A model generated the notes under the pieces. That model did not search any database, had not been told where the DNA came from, and saw only the letters and a list, made by a program, of their open reading frames with translations. Of a stretch of 64,000 bases of DNA, positions 38,060-51,225 are shown one piece after another (the stretch's first letter is position 1; the number at the start of each line of letters is the position of its first letter). This DNA comes from Lytechinus pictus. Its lineage: Eukaryota. A program made the position numbers and the translations under genes. Location: assembly GCF_037042905.1 (NCBI RefSeq), contig NC_087252.1, forward strand, positions 18,044,001 through 18,108,000, written 5' to 3'.

Positions 38060-39427
38060 CAGGGGCGTCGATCCTTTTTTTAAGATTTGGGGGGCAAAAT
38101 CATGAATCAACTTTCCAAAGGCGCTCGATATCACAAAAAACAAACAAACTCACACAAACACACACACATATGCATATATATATTTATATGACTCATGAGA
38201 TAGAAACAAATATCTCACCAACAAATTAATGCGAGCGCGAAGCCCGAGCTAAATTTTTTTAGTATACTGACCTGAAAACAGGAAAAAGGTGCGTGTTTGT
38301 AGTAACTCATGAGGAGGATACATATCTCACTACACAGATAATGCGAGTGCCAAGGGCGAGATGAAATTTCTTTATATTCTGACCAGAAGGCTTGATATTC
38401 TATGCATTTTTGGTACCAATGATTAAGATGGGTATCTAAAAAAACAATAGATGCTCGAATTTTGATATTTCGATCTGAAAAAATATGACAGTTTAATGGA
38501 CGTTTGTAATAAAGAACAAGATTATATCCAGCAAAAGATTATTGCAAATCGAAGCGGGAGTTCTTTTGACGTTTAGTCCTGAAAAAAGGGACATTCTATT
38601 TACCTATTTAATCATGAAAAGTATGGGGTTTTGCTACAGAAATGATGCAAGCGCGAAGCGCGACCTGAAATTGTTTATATTCCAATCTGAGAAGCGGATA
38701 ATTTAAGCACGATTTTAAATAAAAAAACGAGTTGTGTAGCTCAATCTCAATATACGACTGGTTGCGTAATTATACACTCCCGGTACTAGCAACGGCTTTT
38801 AGCAAAGTTTTGGGCTAAAATATCGAATCATCTTCATAAATTTAACCAGGTGGTGCTGATTATTCTTGTCCGGCGCCGATTTAGATTTAGGTGGAGCTGA
38901 TTATTCTTGATCGGCGCCGGTTAAGACTCAGGCAGCGCCGATTTATAACCAGATGGCACTGATTATTCTTGGCCGGCCCCGATTTAGATTTAGGTGGCGC
39001 TGATTATCCTTGATCGGCGCCGGTTAAGAATTCAGGCAGCGTCGATTTTTCTGTACCGGCGCCGATTTATAACCAGATGGCGCCGATTATTTTTATCTGG
39101 TGCCGATTTAGATTTAGGTGGCGCAGCAGTTATATGCAGGCAGCGCACTGCTGATTATTTTTAACCCGCGAAGTTGTTGGGAAAAGGGTAGTTAAAAGAA
39201 AAGATAAGGAAGATGATATGATTGTGCTTTGCTGGGGGATAGTCTTTCCTTACTGTTGCTAATATTTAATCAGTGTATAATCTTTTTAAGCGGCGCCTTT
39301 TCTTTTCTTTCCTTTATTTTTATTTTTTCAAGCAGCGCCTTTTCTTTCTATTACTTTTTTTTTAGGCGCCGCTCAAATATTAGGGGGGGGGGCGCGCCCC
39401 CTGCGCCACCCCCTGGATCCGCCACTG
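38060..39427. mobile_element. hAT-like non-autonomous element in a (TA)n tract, with internal minisatellite at about 38848-39160
   Basis: caggggcgtcgatcc ... ggatccgccactg termini; tataaaca recurs on both sides; gattattcttg..cggcgccg repeats. Confidence 0.65.
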
Positions 39428-40036
39428 TATATATATATATATATATATAAACATCAAATTCTTAAACACCTATCAAACTAGCGGCCATTAATGGCAAGAC
39501 ATGTGCTAGGCTATAAGGGCTAGCTTAGGCTAGCGCATTAACTTTACCTCAAATCTAGACCTGTCTAATGCCTAATACTAATAGCCGACTAATGCCATGG
39601 TTAACTTCGAACCGGTCAATTCCGAACTTTACGTTTGATTTTATTTACCATGGTTTAATATGTCTAGTCCGTATACAGAACCAGTCCTAGATCTAAAAAA
39701 AAATATCTTAGTCTAGTCTCTAGATCTAGACTCTGATCTACGCTGTATCAGCATGGAACAACTAGTGTACCAAGGGGGGGGGGGGGGGCAGACTGCCCCC
39801 CTGACGATTTACAACTGATCCAGGGGACGTGCCCCCCCCTTTGAGAAGCCAAATTAATAATTTGTAATGTCAAATGCAACAAAAAAAAAAGATTTATGTC
39901 CCCTCTTTTGAACGTGAAGATCTTTTTTTTTTGCTTGTCAATTTTTTTTTCAGCTAAGAAATCCTTAATTTGGGGTGAAGACGGGGATCAAGATCATAGA
40001 CGTTAGTTTGTGCCTGACGTTAGAATACGTTCCATG

Positions 40037-41567
40037 CACTGCAGTGGCGTAGCTAGGATTTTCTTTCCTGGGGGGGCACTGGGGGGTCCTTGCTTTTTCA
40101 GGGGGGGGGGGGCACCGGCCATTTTTTCTGGTGTGTGTGTATGTGTCACAAGGGCGGATCGGACTTTCGCCTATAGGGGACGGGGCCCGAAATTATCTTC
40201 AGCTATATTTTCCCCGATCAGTCACTTCTTAGTTTTATTCTTATAAAACAACATAAACATGAAATAATCTCATAAGCCTTATAAAAAATGTGAGCGCGAA
40301 GCGCGAGCACTTTTTTAAAAAATATTATGGGCAATGGTATGTGTGATCCTGAACAAGATTTTGTATGTAACTAGATGGTTACTGCAAACGCCAAGCACGA
40401 GCAGAAATTTGTATTAACTGTCCTAGCATTATCGAAAAGGGATCTGTTAAGGACTGCTTTCAGTTACCCACGAAGACGGTATATATTTCAATAAAGCGAG
40501 CGCGAAGCGCGAGCAATTTTTGACATTCCGACCTAAAAAATGGTCATTCTAAGCACTTTTTGTATTAATTAATGGGATAGGTATGTAACTTAACAATTGA
40601 TGCGAGCGCGAAGCGCGAGAGGAAGAAAATTGAGATTTTAGACCTAAAAGTAGGACTCTCTATTCATTTTTGTAATCATAAATAGGATATAGTTAATTGG
40701 GTATCATTAATAATGGGATCGTGAAGCGTGAGCAGACAATTATTGATATTCTGATGTGAAACTGGATAATTTAAGTACATTTTTAAATAAAGAACATGCA
40801 GGCTATCGCGCATGTTTTAGATTTAGACCTAGAATCTGGGCATTCTGAATACATTTGTTTAATGGAACATTGTGGAATACACGTAGACATTTTGAACTTA
40901 AATTTGTAAATGAAAAAAAAAATATTGAAAGCTCGAACGAAGTCCGAGCTAAAATATGTTTTGTATATTGACTTCAAAACTTGCTCCATATCAGCCTATT
41001 GAGCAAGATATGAATCTCATCGAACAGGCAATTCTGGTGCGAACTGCAAGCAAAAATTTTATATAGTAATATGAAAGATTCTTTTTTTCAAGTCTTCCCC
41101 TCACATTATTTCATTCACTCGCCTTCCTCCCCTTTTTTCCTCTTCTTTTTTTTTCTTCTGTCTTTATTCTTCTTTTCCTTTCCTTTTCTTCTTTCTCCCC
41201 TTTTTTTTGCTCTGCCAATTTTTTTCTGCGGGGGCACACCAAATCTCAGGGGGGGGGGCACATGCCCCCCAGACCCCCCCCCCCGTAGCTACGCCACTGA
41301 TGCACTGGCGTACCTAGGATTTTCCAAAAGGGGGGCAAATTTTTGGAGGATATTTCGTCCGCGAAAAAATGTGACAAGCCCCCCCCCCAAAAAAAAAAAA
41401 AAGATCTTCACGTTCAAAAGAGGGGACATACGTCTTTTTCATTGCATTTTTACATTACAAACTATTAATTTGGCTTCACAAAGTGGGGGGGGGGGCACGT
41501 CCCCTGAATCAGTTGTGACTCGTCAGAGGGGCAGTCTGCCCCCCCCCCCCCCTTTGGTACACTAGTG
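40037..41567. mobile_element. hAT-like MITE (TSD gttccatg) with a second hAT-like element (40042-41299, TSD atgcactg) inserted in its left TIR
   Basis: 8-bp TSDs at 40029-40036 / 41568-41575 and 40034-40041 / 41300-41307; inner TIR cagtggcgtagcta / tagctacgccactg. Confidence 0.88.
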
Positions 41568-41769
41568 GTTCCATGCTGATGCAGCGTAGATCAGAGTCTA
41601 GATCTAGAGACTAGACTCGAACTAAGATAAAAAAATTTTAGATCTAGGACTGGTTTTGTATACGGACTAGACAAACCATGGCAAATAAGCCAACATTTGT
41701 CTAAACCTAATTAAACGTAAACTTCGGAATTAACCAGTTCGAAGTTAACCATGGCATTAGTCGGCTATT

Positions 41770-44700
41770 CAGTATTGTAGTCAAGGCTCAAACCTCCAAG
41801 GCAAAGGCCAAGGCTTCAATACCAAAGGCCAAGGCCAAGGCATGGAAACCCAAGGCCAAGGCCTAAAAACCTCAAGGCCAATTAGGCATTTCAAACTTAC
41901 GATATACAGAACAATGAACTAACAATACTTATGCGGCAGACATCACACATGGTAAAATGTATGTGAGCGAGGGGACTGAGTGAGAAAAAAATTAACCTTT
42001 GTACATTTAAAACAAAAATAATTTCATGATAGAGACATATTAAAATAATGATATAGTTACCTGTGTATAGATAATCCATAATTTTTCTAGGCGATTTACA
42101 TTGCACTAATTATTATTACCACGGTCATCTGATCCTAGCATTCTCAACGTATGTTTTTCTCCACTCCCTGGGACCGGGGCAGCAGAAAAATCATTATTGG
42201 GGGGGGGGGGGGTCAACGCCAAAAGGGCACTCATTTATCAAAATGAGTTTTTTTTTGTGCAAACAGATACATGTATTTTCAAAATGAGATCATGAACTGC
42301 GTGAAGTAATTGTGTGTTTTGTAGAAATTAAGTTGAGCAAAGGCTTTCTAAAGTGATTTTTAATTATTAGATAGATATTTTGATTTAGGTTGTACTTCTC
42401 AGCGACAAAGCATGGCGAGCAAGCGGTTTTGAAAAAAAAATCAATTCTGAAGTTGTAAAACTTAACTTATGGTCAATTATGGGGCTAATTATTGTTAAAA
42501 GGGCATCCTTGCGCAATATTGCCAGCGCGAACCACCAGCTCAAACTTCTTGACATGTCGTGTAATAAGACATTAAAATTAAATATTCTGAGCTGGTTTTG
42601 TAATCATGAAAAAGATGTGTATCTAACTAAAAAATAACTTTACGCCCGCTAATTTTTTTTTTATATACTGACCAGTAAAGGAGGCAATTAATTACTGCAT
42701 TTTAAATATGATACATAACTCACCAATAAAAATAATGCGAGCGCAAAGCGCGAGCTCAAAAATTTGTGATATTTCAACCTGAAAACTGGACATTCTAAGC
42801 ATTTTTTTTGTGAACGGGAAGAGAACGAGTACAATAATTGATGCGAGTGCAGGAAGCGAGCCAAAAATGTGTGATATTCCAACCATAAAGCAACATTCTA
42901 TACATTTTTGTAACCATGAGCAGGATTAGTACTGTACTAAACAATAATTGATGCAAGCACGATTCAAAATCTGTGATTTTCGAACCTAAAATGTATTATG
43001 TTTTATTATTAAAGAAGGTATATTTCTTTTTTTTTAAAGGCATATTTCATTTTGAAAAAAATAAATCCTACAGGGAATTTTTTTATTTTTTTTTGGGGGG
43101 GGCGGGGGCAAGAGAACACAAAGCGCAAGCTAAAATTTTCAAATGCTTAAACTGAAAATGAGTCATTTTTAGGACTCTTGTCAGTTTTCATATTTTTTCT
43201 GCTTACAACCACTTTTAAATTTCAATTCTCATTTCTTGTATCTTCTACACTTATTTTACCTTAAAAAAAACCGAATAAAGAATACTAACAAAATAAAGTT
43301 ATATTCAAAAGGATATAAAATAAACAGGGCGCACCCCATACCCTTAGTTGGGAGAGGGTAAATCTTAATTATTTCTTTAAACAGTTAATCAATCATTAAT
43401 TATTAATACTTATTGATATTATTGATAATTATCAATTATTCAATTATTATTATTTTTTATTAATTTTTATTTCTTGAAACCATATTGACACAAAAACAAA
43501 TACGTTGTTTATTTCCTTGAAACTGTAGAGATTGAAATTCACTGTTGAACGATATATGATTAAAAAGAAGTAAACATTTTTTCCCCTTTGTTTTGTCAAT
43601 CTGACCCAAAACAAATATACAATTAAGAAAAGAGATAGAGAGAAAAAGAAGTTCCACCACCAAGAATAAACTTAGACAAGGGGGGGGGGAGGAAAAGATG
43701 GAGTAAATGTGATATTATTTTTTAAACAATCTATCGCAAAATTAGCTTTTCCTATAGAAAGAGGGGGACAAATTTTGTTCACTCGCTCGCTTCAATCGCT
43801 TTCTTCTTTTTTTGACAGAAATTTTGCTCTATATGCCATGCTTGGCCCCTCAACGTTTCTGGCTCATCATGCCATTGACATAACCCATTTGGATTTGACA
43901 AAATTGAAGACTGTTCAAGTTTACCAAATCTTTTCAGAATATCATTAAGACTTAAAACATTCTTGTTGGCCAAAGAAAATAATACAAGGAAAATCCTAAT
44001 GGAATAGAAATCAACCTTGTTATCGTTCTTTAGAGTTAGCTATGTTTAACGTATGAAAATTGTCAAAATTGCAGTCAGATGTCAAATTTATTCTTGTCAT
44101 ATTTACTGTCACTATTATCTTGATCATGATCATTATTATTTACTGTCATTATTATCATTAGTCATGATTACAACATATTACCAATACATAATGCTATTTT
44201 TCATAACTGATGTATTCTTTGTTTGAAAATTCTTGATAATGGTGACAATTACAATTAATGACACTGCTAGTACACTTATTACCGCTGCTGCTAATGTTAC
44301 TGGTGACTGGTAGTATTGACCATTAGTGTCATTAAATATAAAAAAACAAATTGAAACATTTATAATTACTTATTAAAAACCAATGAAAGAACAAAATACA
44401 AAATGCATTGAAAAGGCCTTGAAAATGCCTTGAAATTTCAAGGCTCAAAATCCTCAAGGCCAAGGCTTGAATGTTCTAGGCCAATGCTTTGAAAAAGTAG
44501 GCCTTAAGGACGTTCCACAGTTAAAGTGAAATCCATGTCATTTTCACCAAACTTTGCACATAGATACTTTAGAACCTGAATAATCGAAATATGCATAAAT
44601 TAACATGGGTCCATGTGCTTGATTTTTTGCTATAGAGCTTCAAAGTTCACTGAAATGGATGTTCTCAAGAATTGCGCATTCAAAAGAATTTGGCATTTTT

Positions 44701-45492
44701 AGACCTCACGAGATGCACTACAGTGAGTTTAAACCTTTATTACTCAGTCAAAATCCATGAAAATCCCATCAAATTTCGCAAGAGAGTTAATAATTGTATC
44801 TTTAAGATTGGGAATCTATTTATAGTGCTATTTGTTGACTGTTTTAAGTCTAACAGCACTATCAGTTCTTAAAAAATAGCGTAAAAGATAACAAAAACCT
44901 AATCTAAAAAAATGTGAAGTTTCAATAACAAACTAGAAAGTGCAATAAATGCTGCACTTTATTAAAAATCCATGTCAGTTTAACCAAACTTTGCAAAGTT
45001 GTAGAGGAAGGTATACTTAAGAGGTGCAAACAATGAAAAATAGGGGTTCATGTGCTTGTTTTCAAACTATCAGCACTTTTATTAGAGCAAATGTGCTTTT
45101 TAAAACACAAAAAACGCGCCAAATGCTTTGTATCCATCTGAAGAAAAATTAAAAACCACTCGTCCATTTATTCAAACTCGGGGTCATATTCATCACATTT
45201 TGCAGCACTGCAAAGTAAAGTATTATGAAATTGTAGAGATAATTTTTAAAAATGGTCCATGGAATAATGCAAATTTTTTAGCTTCATAAAATAACGCATC
45301 GTATTTGCAGCTAGAGCAGATAAGGAGAAATATTAGCTCATACCTACAGCTAATTAATCACATGTTCATCCATTGTGACGTCAGCGCGCAGAGTGTAAAA
45401 TATGCGCAGATCATAATGCGCACAAATATAACTGTGGAACGTCCTTAAGGCGCCTTAAGGCCAAGGCCGAGCATCAAGGCACTACAACACTG
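41770..45492. mobile_element. TIR element with subterminal (CAAGGC)n repeats and apparent 3-bp TSD (att), carrying nested insertions
   Basis: att|cagtattgtagt ... actacaacactg|att; flanks rejoin to match the inverted arm at about 39570-39597. Confidence 0.75.
44508..45444. mobile_element. Kolobok-like non-autonomous element with TTAA TSD
   Basis: ttaa|ggacgttccacagtta ... taactgtggaacgtcc|ttaa, perfect 16-bp TIR. Confidence 0.88.
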
Positions 45493-45617
45493 ATTAGTAC
45501 TAGGCATTAGACAGGTCCAGATTTGAGGTAAAGTTAATGCGCTAGCCTAAGCGAGCCCTAGCCTAGCACATGTCTTGCCATTAATGGCAGCTAGTTTGAT
45601 AAGTATTTAATAATTGG

Positions 45618-45672
<55 letters not shown>

Positions 45673-45791
45673 CTAAGCTTGTAAGGCCTATGTAACTATG
45701 TAAGGGTACCGGTAATTTGACGAACATGTTTTTGCTTTGATCCAGTCGGGGGGATTAAAGTCCCAAATTAAAAACGGCCCAGAGCGTAACA

Positions 45792-47400
45792 TTTTTTAAT
45801 ATTTTTTTAGTAATCTTTTATTCTCTTCATTCATAAAACAAAATTTAACATATAGTAAAATATAACATTCATGATCATAAATTAAAAAGCGATATCAAAT
45901 CAAATTACCCATAATTACAAAGTTTGATTTGAGCGTACAAATATTGTGATCAACACATCCATGCATTTGACAATTCTTAACAAAAATGAAGTAAAACAAT
46001 GTCATAAATAAATTCTAAATCAATGCAATTTGTTGTCAAAATATCTGATATACACATTCTTTTCTCTTAAATTTTTATACATACATAATACATATGTCTA
46101 ATTGAAAAAAAAGTACAACCTAAAATCAAATTATTCACCATTTCTTGATGGTTGTATCACAAAAAAAAACTCTGTAAAGAAACCTTAAGTTATTAAAATC
46201 CTAGTGAGATTTATGAGAGAAGATTTACTGTTCATAATCTTCGGACCTTCCCGCACACTCACATCCCACTCCCATCACACTCAACACGGATTCAAGCACA
46301 AACACCCCCTGCCACACACCCTTACACACACACACATACATACATCCACCAGATCAAATGTATTTCATCATGCATAAGTGTTAAGGCAACTGTCATGAAA
46401 ATTACTGCATGTCATGCATTTATTAAAAAAAACAAATGGATTCGGAGTGCCTCGTCGTCATGAAGTGTAAAAGTTTTCCCACTTCCTCAGGTGACCGGAT
46501 AATTTTCCACGTGCCTCTGCTATTCTTTTTTCCTCCTTTTCATTTTCCAATATTTTTTTCCTAATCTCTTGAGGGGTTGGGGTCTTCTTTTAGCCTTACT
46601 GTGCTCAAAGATCATAAATTTAATTAGAAAAATAATATGATTTAGTAATTGTTCCTTCCCTATATCAAAAACCTTAACTCCGATATGAATATCCTTCCAA
46701 TTAACGTTTAATTTAAATAAATAACCACAGTCTCTCCATAAAGTTTTATGTATTCACAGGTGAAGAATATGTGCTCATAATGTCTCTTCACATTTACCAC
46801 AGAACGAACATAGATTATGTGTTGATAATTAAATATATATATATATATATTTTAGTATATACAAGTTCATATAACAACTTAAATTGAAACTCCCCTGGGT
46901 CTTAAAATATTGTATCAGTATCTTTTTCGGAAAAGTCATATATTCTTTCAATGTTTTTAACAGCGCATGACCTCTCAGATTTCATGTTTAACAAAGCTTT
47001 ATAGATTTTCTTTTATGTAATATTAGCTATGGTGTTCACATTTCCATGAAAACATAAATTCGAAATTTAAAGCTGTGTCCCTGCATGTGGAATATTTTCA
47101 TATACTTTGTGGAGATATTCTATCTCATCTTCTTTTAATCCCATCCTCAGGAAGGCTCCAGATGATTTAAAATTACCCCTGTCATCAACTAAAATGTAAT
47201 TTATAAATATTTCTAAGAAATAAGCTTTCTTTAAATAGCATATTTCCGTCCAAACGTATAAACTTATTATTGAAGAATATCTCATTCCTTTTCGACGTTT
47301 CCTTTTTAAGCAATATTTCTTTCGTAGCACCCCACATTTCCAACATGTTTACGTAAAAGCTTGGTAGGGACAATCTGCACAAATTTAAACATATGTTACT
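45792..47400 (-). mobile_element. L1/Tx1-like LINE 3' fragment (ORF2 C-terminus, 3' UTR, A-rich tail)
   Basis: LPSFYVNMLEMW, EIFFNNKFIRLDG parallel the 55412-59936 element; AATAAA plus A-rich tail on the minus strand. Confidence 0.8.
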
Positions 47401-48979
47401 GTACATAGAGGCCGCCGCTCTCGCTTATTTCTTCCATTCCGACCTCTACGTCAGGATAGTGTTCAGTCTGTGATGGATCACCTGAGCTTTTGTCTATTTC
47501 CATTTTGTCTATCTCAATACCTTCCGAGCATGCAGTTTCCAAGAGAATTATTATAAGAGTGGAAGAAAATGCTAGAGCGGCTCACTATAGATTATTTGCA
47601 TTTAAGGGTCGTTTCGTCAAAATATATGACTATGGGGGTACACAGTAAAGAAAGACACAGGGGTTTGTGACTCAGATTTTCCCGGGGGGGGGGGATCATG
47701 CATGGAGAGAGAAGCTGTGACGATCCCTTGATTTATTCCTTGTCTTCTCTCGCTCGTCTTACGTTCTCCTATACCTTTTTATTTTCTCGCTCACGTTCAC
47801 CCCCTTTTTTTGGGGGGGGGGGGGTTGGCGTTTGTCTGTTGTTGTATTTTTTGCTACGAGGGTATAATCAATTAATGAATATAATTGTTCCTTTTTTAAT
47901 TTGTTCATTCATTCATTCAACTATTCATTATCAATTTTTTAGATAGCATTTCAGCTTCTGCCGGAGTATTATTACTATTAGACTGGAAATAGTTTGCAAA
48001 AATGCTTTTCATAATGCTACGAAATCGGACACCCCATCCCCCCTCTCACGTCATCGTCTAACCATAGAGCTCTCTGTAATAGCTCTATGGTCTAACGAAA
48101 TCATACCATAGTCTCTGAAGAAATCTACACAACCAAGGTGAAACCAAAAAATGTTACAACGATTAGACTGATGACACCAAATACAGTGGCGCCGCATCCG
48201 AAGTGGGCTGTTGCAAATTTCAATATTTTTTTTTAAATAGAAATATCCTAACCATATTTTGCATAGAAACGCACACACTCATCCCACACACTGATAGACA
48301 CAGAGCACATTCAAATAAATTGGATATTCTTCCAAGTTCTTTTCCTCTGTACTTTTCTCACAGCTCTTTTTACTTTCAATTTCTCCTATCGTTCCTCTTG
48401 AAACCCCCCCCCCCCCGCTCTCTCTCCTTCCCTGTTCTCTTTAATTATATTAACATCTTATTCCTAAATAATTTCCCTGATTTTTGTTTGCGTCTTTTCT
48501 ATATATGCTTCCCAACATCTTCCCCGTGGCAAGTCTTCTTCAGTCAGATTTTCCGTTGTTGTGCCAGCCCCATGGACAAATTGCGGACGTAGGTGAAAAC
48601 GGTGCGCCGAGCGCGCGAGTTCGGATTTCAGATAGCACATTCATGCAAATTATGTACGTTCATAAACACAGCCAGTGATGAATTACTAGTATTCAATCTA
48701 TATCTACACCAATTCGATCATATAAAACTGCAAATCAACTTATCTCCTAACATTTCTTCATTAAAAACTCAGGCCTCATTTACAAACCTAATACATTAAT
48801 CATTTTGGAATATGAAATCTTAAGTAATTTCTAATAATAACCGAAGGACATAATACTCACGGTTGAATAAATTCTCGCGACAGCTATGAATAATAGTCAT
48901 GCGCAGGGCTGATTGTTTACGTCACGATCCTTGTTGCGGGATCGTTACATTACTAAAAAGTATCAGTAAACCTCCACAC

Positions 48980-50235
48980 TTGAATGAATGAATGAAGTAC
49001 ATTTCAATAATAAAAGCAACAATACATTTTATAAACTTGAACAAAACAATGGAGGTAGCAACTCAGAAAGCACAGCTTGTGATGAGTGCACCTTGACAAA
49101 AACAATAAATATACATAGCACATGAAAGAAACTTATCTAAACAAAGTAGGCCTAAAACAAGGGGGAAAATGGGGGGGGGGGGGCAGGGCAACTTTATATA
49201 AAATACTAATATGTCATCTGAAACAGAAAATAAATCGTCAAACCAATCATCCCACAACTAAATATATAAGGCAAATCTCACAATTTAGGGACCAGACGTA
49301 AGTTTTTTTAAAGTTTTGTCTTAAAGTTATTTAAAGTTGACTTGCATTCTGATGTCTGTAGGTAAATTGTTCCACTTTTTTGGGCCTATAAAACGAATAT
49401 TATATTGATAAGAACAAGTCCTGTGTCTTGGCAAATGAATTAAAGAAGAGGAGCGTGTATTGTATTTATATAAATTGTGATTTGTATCAAACAATTCAGA
49501 AAAATTAGCAGGCATAAGCCGATTGATACATTGATAAATAAAAATACATTGTTGGTAGGTTGTAATTTCTTCTAAAGTAAGCAGTTTAAACTCCGAGTAT
49601 AATGTACCAACTTTAGATCTTGGGTTTGCTCCAGCTATGATTCTAACTATTTTATTTTGTTTTGTAACAAGTTTCTTTAGTTTAGACGGAAAAGTCACTA
49701 CCCCAAACTAAGTTACAGTAAGACAAATATGGCAATATGTAGAATACAACATTCGCAATATATAAGCTGGTAAAAAGTAACTTAATCTGGATATAATACC
49801 AATATTCTTTGATATTTCTTTTCTATATTTTGTATGTGAAATTTCCAAGTTAATTTTGAATCAATGGTTACACCAAGAAATTTTGTTTTTTCAACTTTAG
49901 GAATCTCAATGCTATTCATTTGTAATTTAAAACAATCAGTGTCATATTGCTTGTTACGATTACTGAAAACAATGAAGTTATACACTTACGGGGATTGACA
50001 GATAGCCTATTTGACTGGAACCACATGTACAGTTGAGAGAGATTATCATTTACTTGTCTTTGCAAGAAAGTTAGATCTTTACCACTAAACAATATATTTG
50101 TATCATCAGCATATAGTATGAATGATGGGATATTTGAAACATTTGCAATATCCTTTATGTACAATATAAATAACAAAGGCCCTAACAAGGACCCTTGCGG
50201 AACTCCACACATTATCTTCTTACGTGTCCTATTTA
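48980..50235 (-). mobile_element. CR1/L2-group LINE 3' fragment
   Basis: GVPQGSLLGPLLF, ILYADDT, KFLGVTIDSKLTW, YNTRS motifs; (TTCA)n tail near 48982-48996. Confidence 0.9.
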
Positions 50236-51225
50236 TAAAAAATCGTCTCCATCCTATTTTCGAATCTCCGAGTATGAGTCTCTTTAACCACATAATCCTT
50301 TGTGCAAATAAAACGGTGAAAATCTATCATTCTAAGCCCTCCCTTTTCGTAATCCATGATCATAACGTTTCATTTCATTTTGTCTTTCCCATTCCACAAA
50401 AATTCAAACACTAACGTTTCAATATCATGAAAACCCCAAGGTTGTACTCATGTACTGGGGTGAGTGACGATACAAAAATTATTTTCGAGAGTGCAAATGT
50501 TTTCAACAATTGAATTTTTCCCTTTAGAGTGAGATCTCTCCGTTTCCACCAATTATTCAACAAACTTTAAATTTTGCTTATCTATAAGATCTCTTTATAA
50601 TTTATCCTTTCCTGTACCTCCACATCCAATGAAACAGTTATACCCAATATTTTCATGACTTCTACTATTTTACCAAAGGCATTCTAACGTTTTCCTCTGA
50701 GAGGGGGCCTAACAGCAAAATAAAAGTTTTGTCTTTTATTCTCAAACCTGATATTTTTTCAAAATTTTCAAAGGATTTTTCTATGTTATCTATTGATAAT
50801 GGATCTTTTACAAAAAGGGTCATATCGTCTGCATAAAGTATTTGTTTAACTTCAAAATCACCAAAGTGATTTCCACTTATATCGGAATTTTTACGAATCG
50901 AATGAGCTAAGACCTCGATACATAATAATCATAAATACATAGGGAGAGAGGGGGTCCCCCTGCCTTACACCCTTTTCAACGCAGAAATACCCTGTAGATA
51001 TGCCTCCATTAAAAACACAGCTTGAGGCTTATAATGTTTTAATCCACCTACACCAGATACTCCAAAACCGACATGACGTAGAACATTTTGTAAAAATGAA
51101 TGGGACACAGAGTCGAATGCTTTTTCAAAGTCTATTGCCATTAATAGCCTGGAATGTTATTTTGTTTTGTAACGAATATCACTCACGATTATTTAAATTT
51201 GCTTTAAATCAGTAATAAAGAAAAA
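50236..51225 (-). mobile_element. L1/Tx1-like LINE reverse-transcriptase fragment
   Basis: AIDFEKAFDS, EKGVRQGDPLSP, LYADDM, AQRIMWLKRL read on the minus strand. Confidence 0.88.

Noticed and set aside
49916..50293. Novel RT fusion protein
   Set aside because: Chance in-frame junction of two decayed LINE fragments, both frameshifted nearby.
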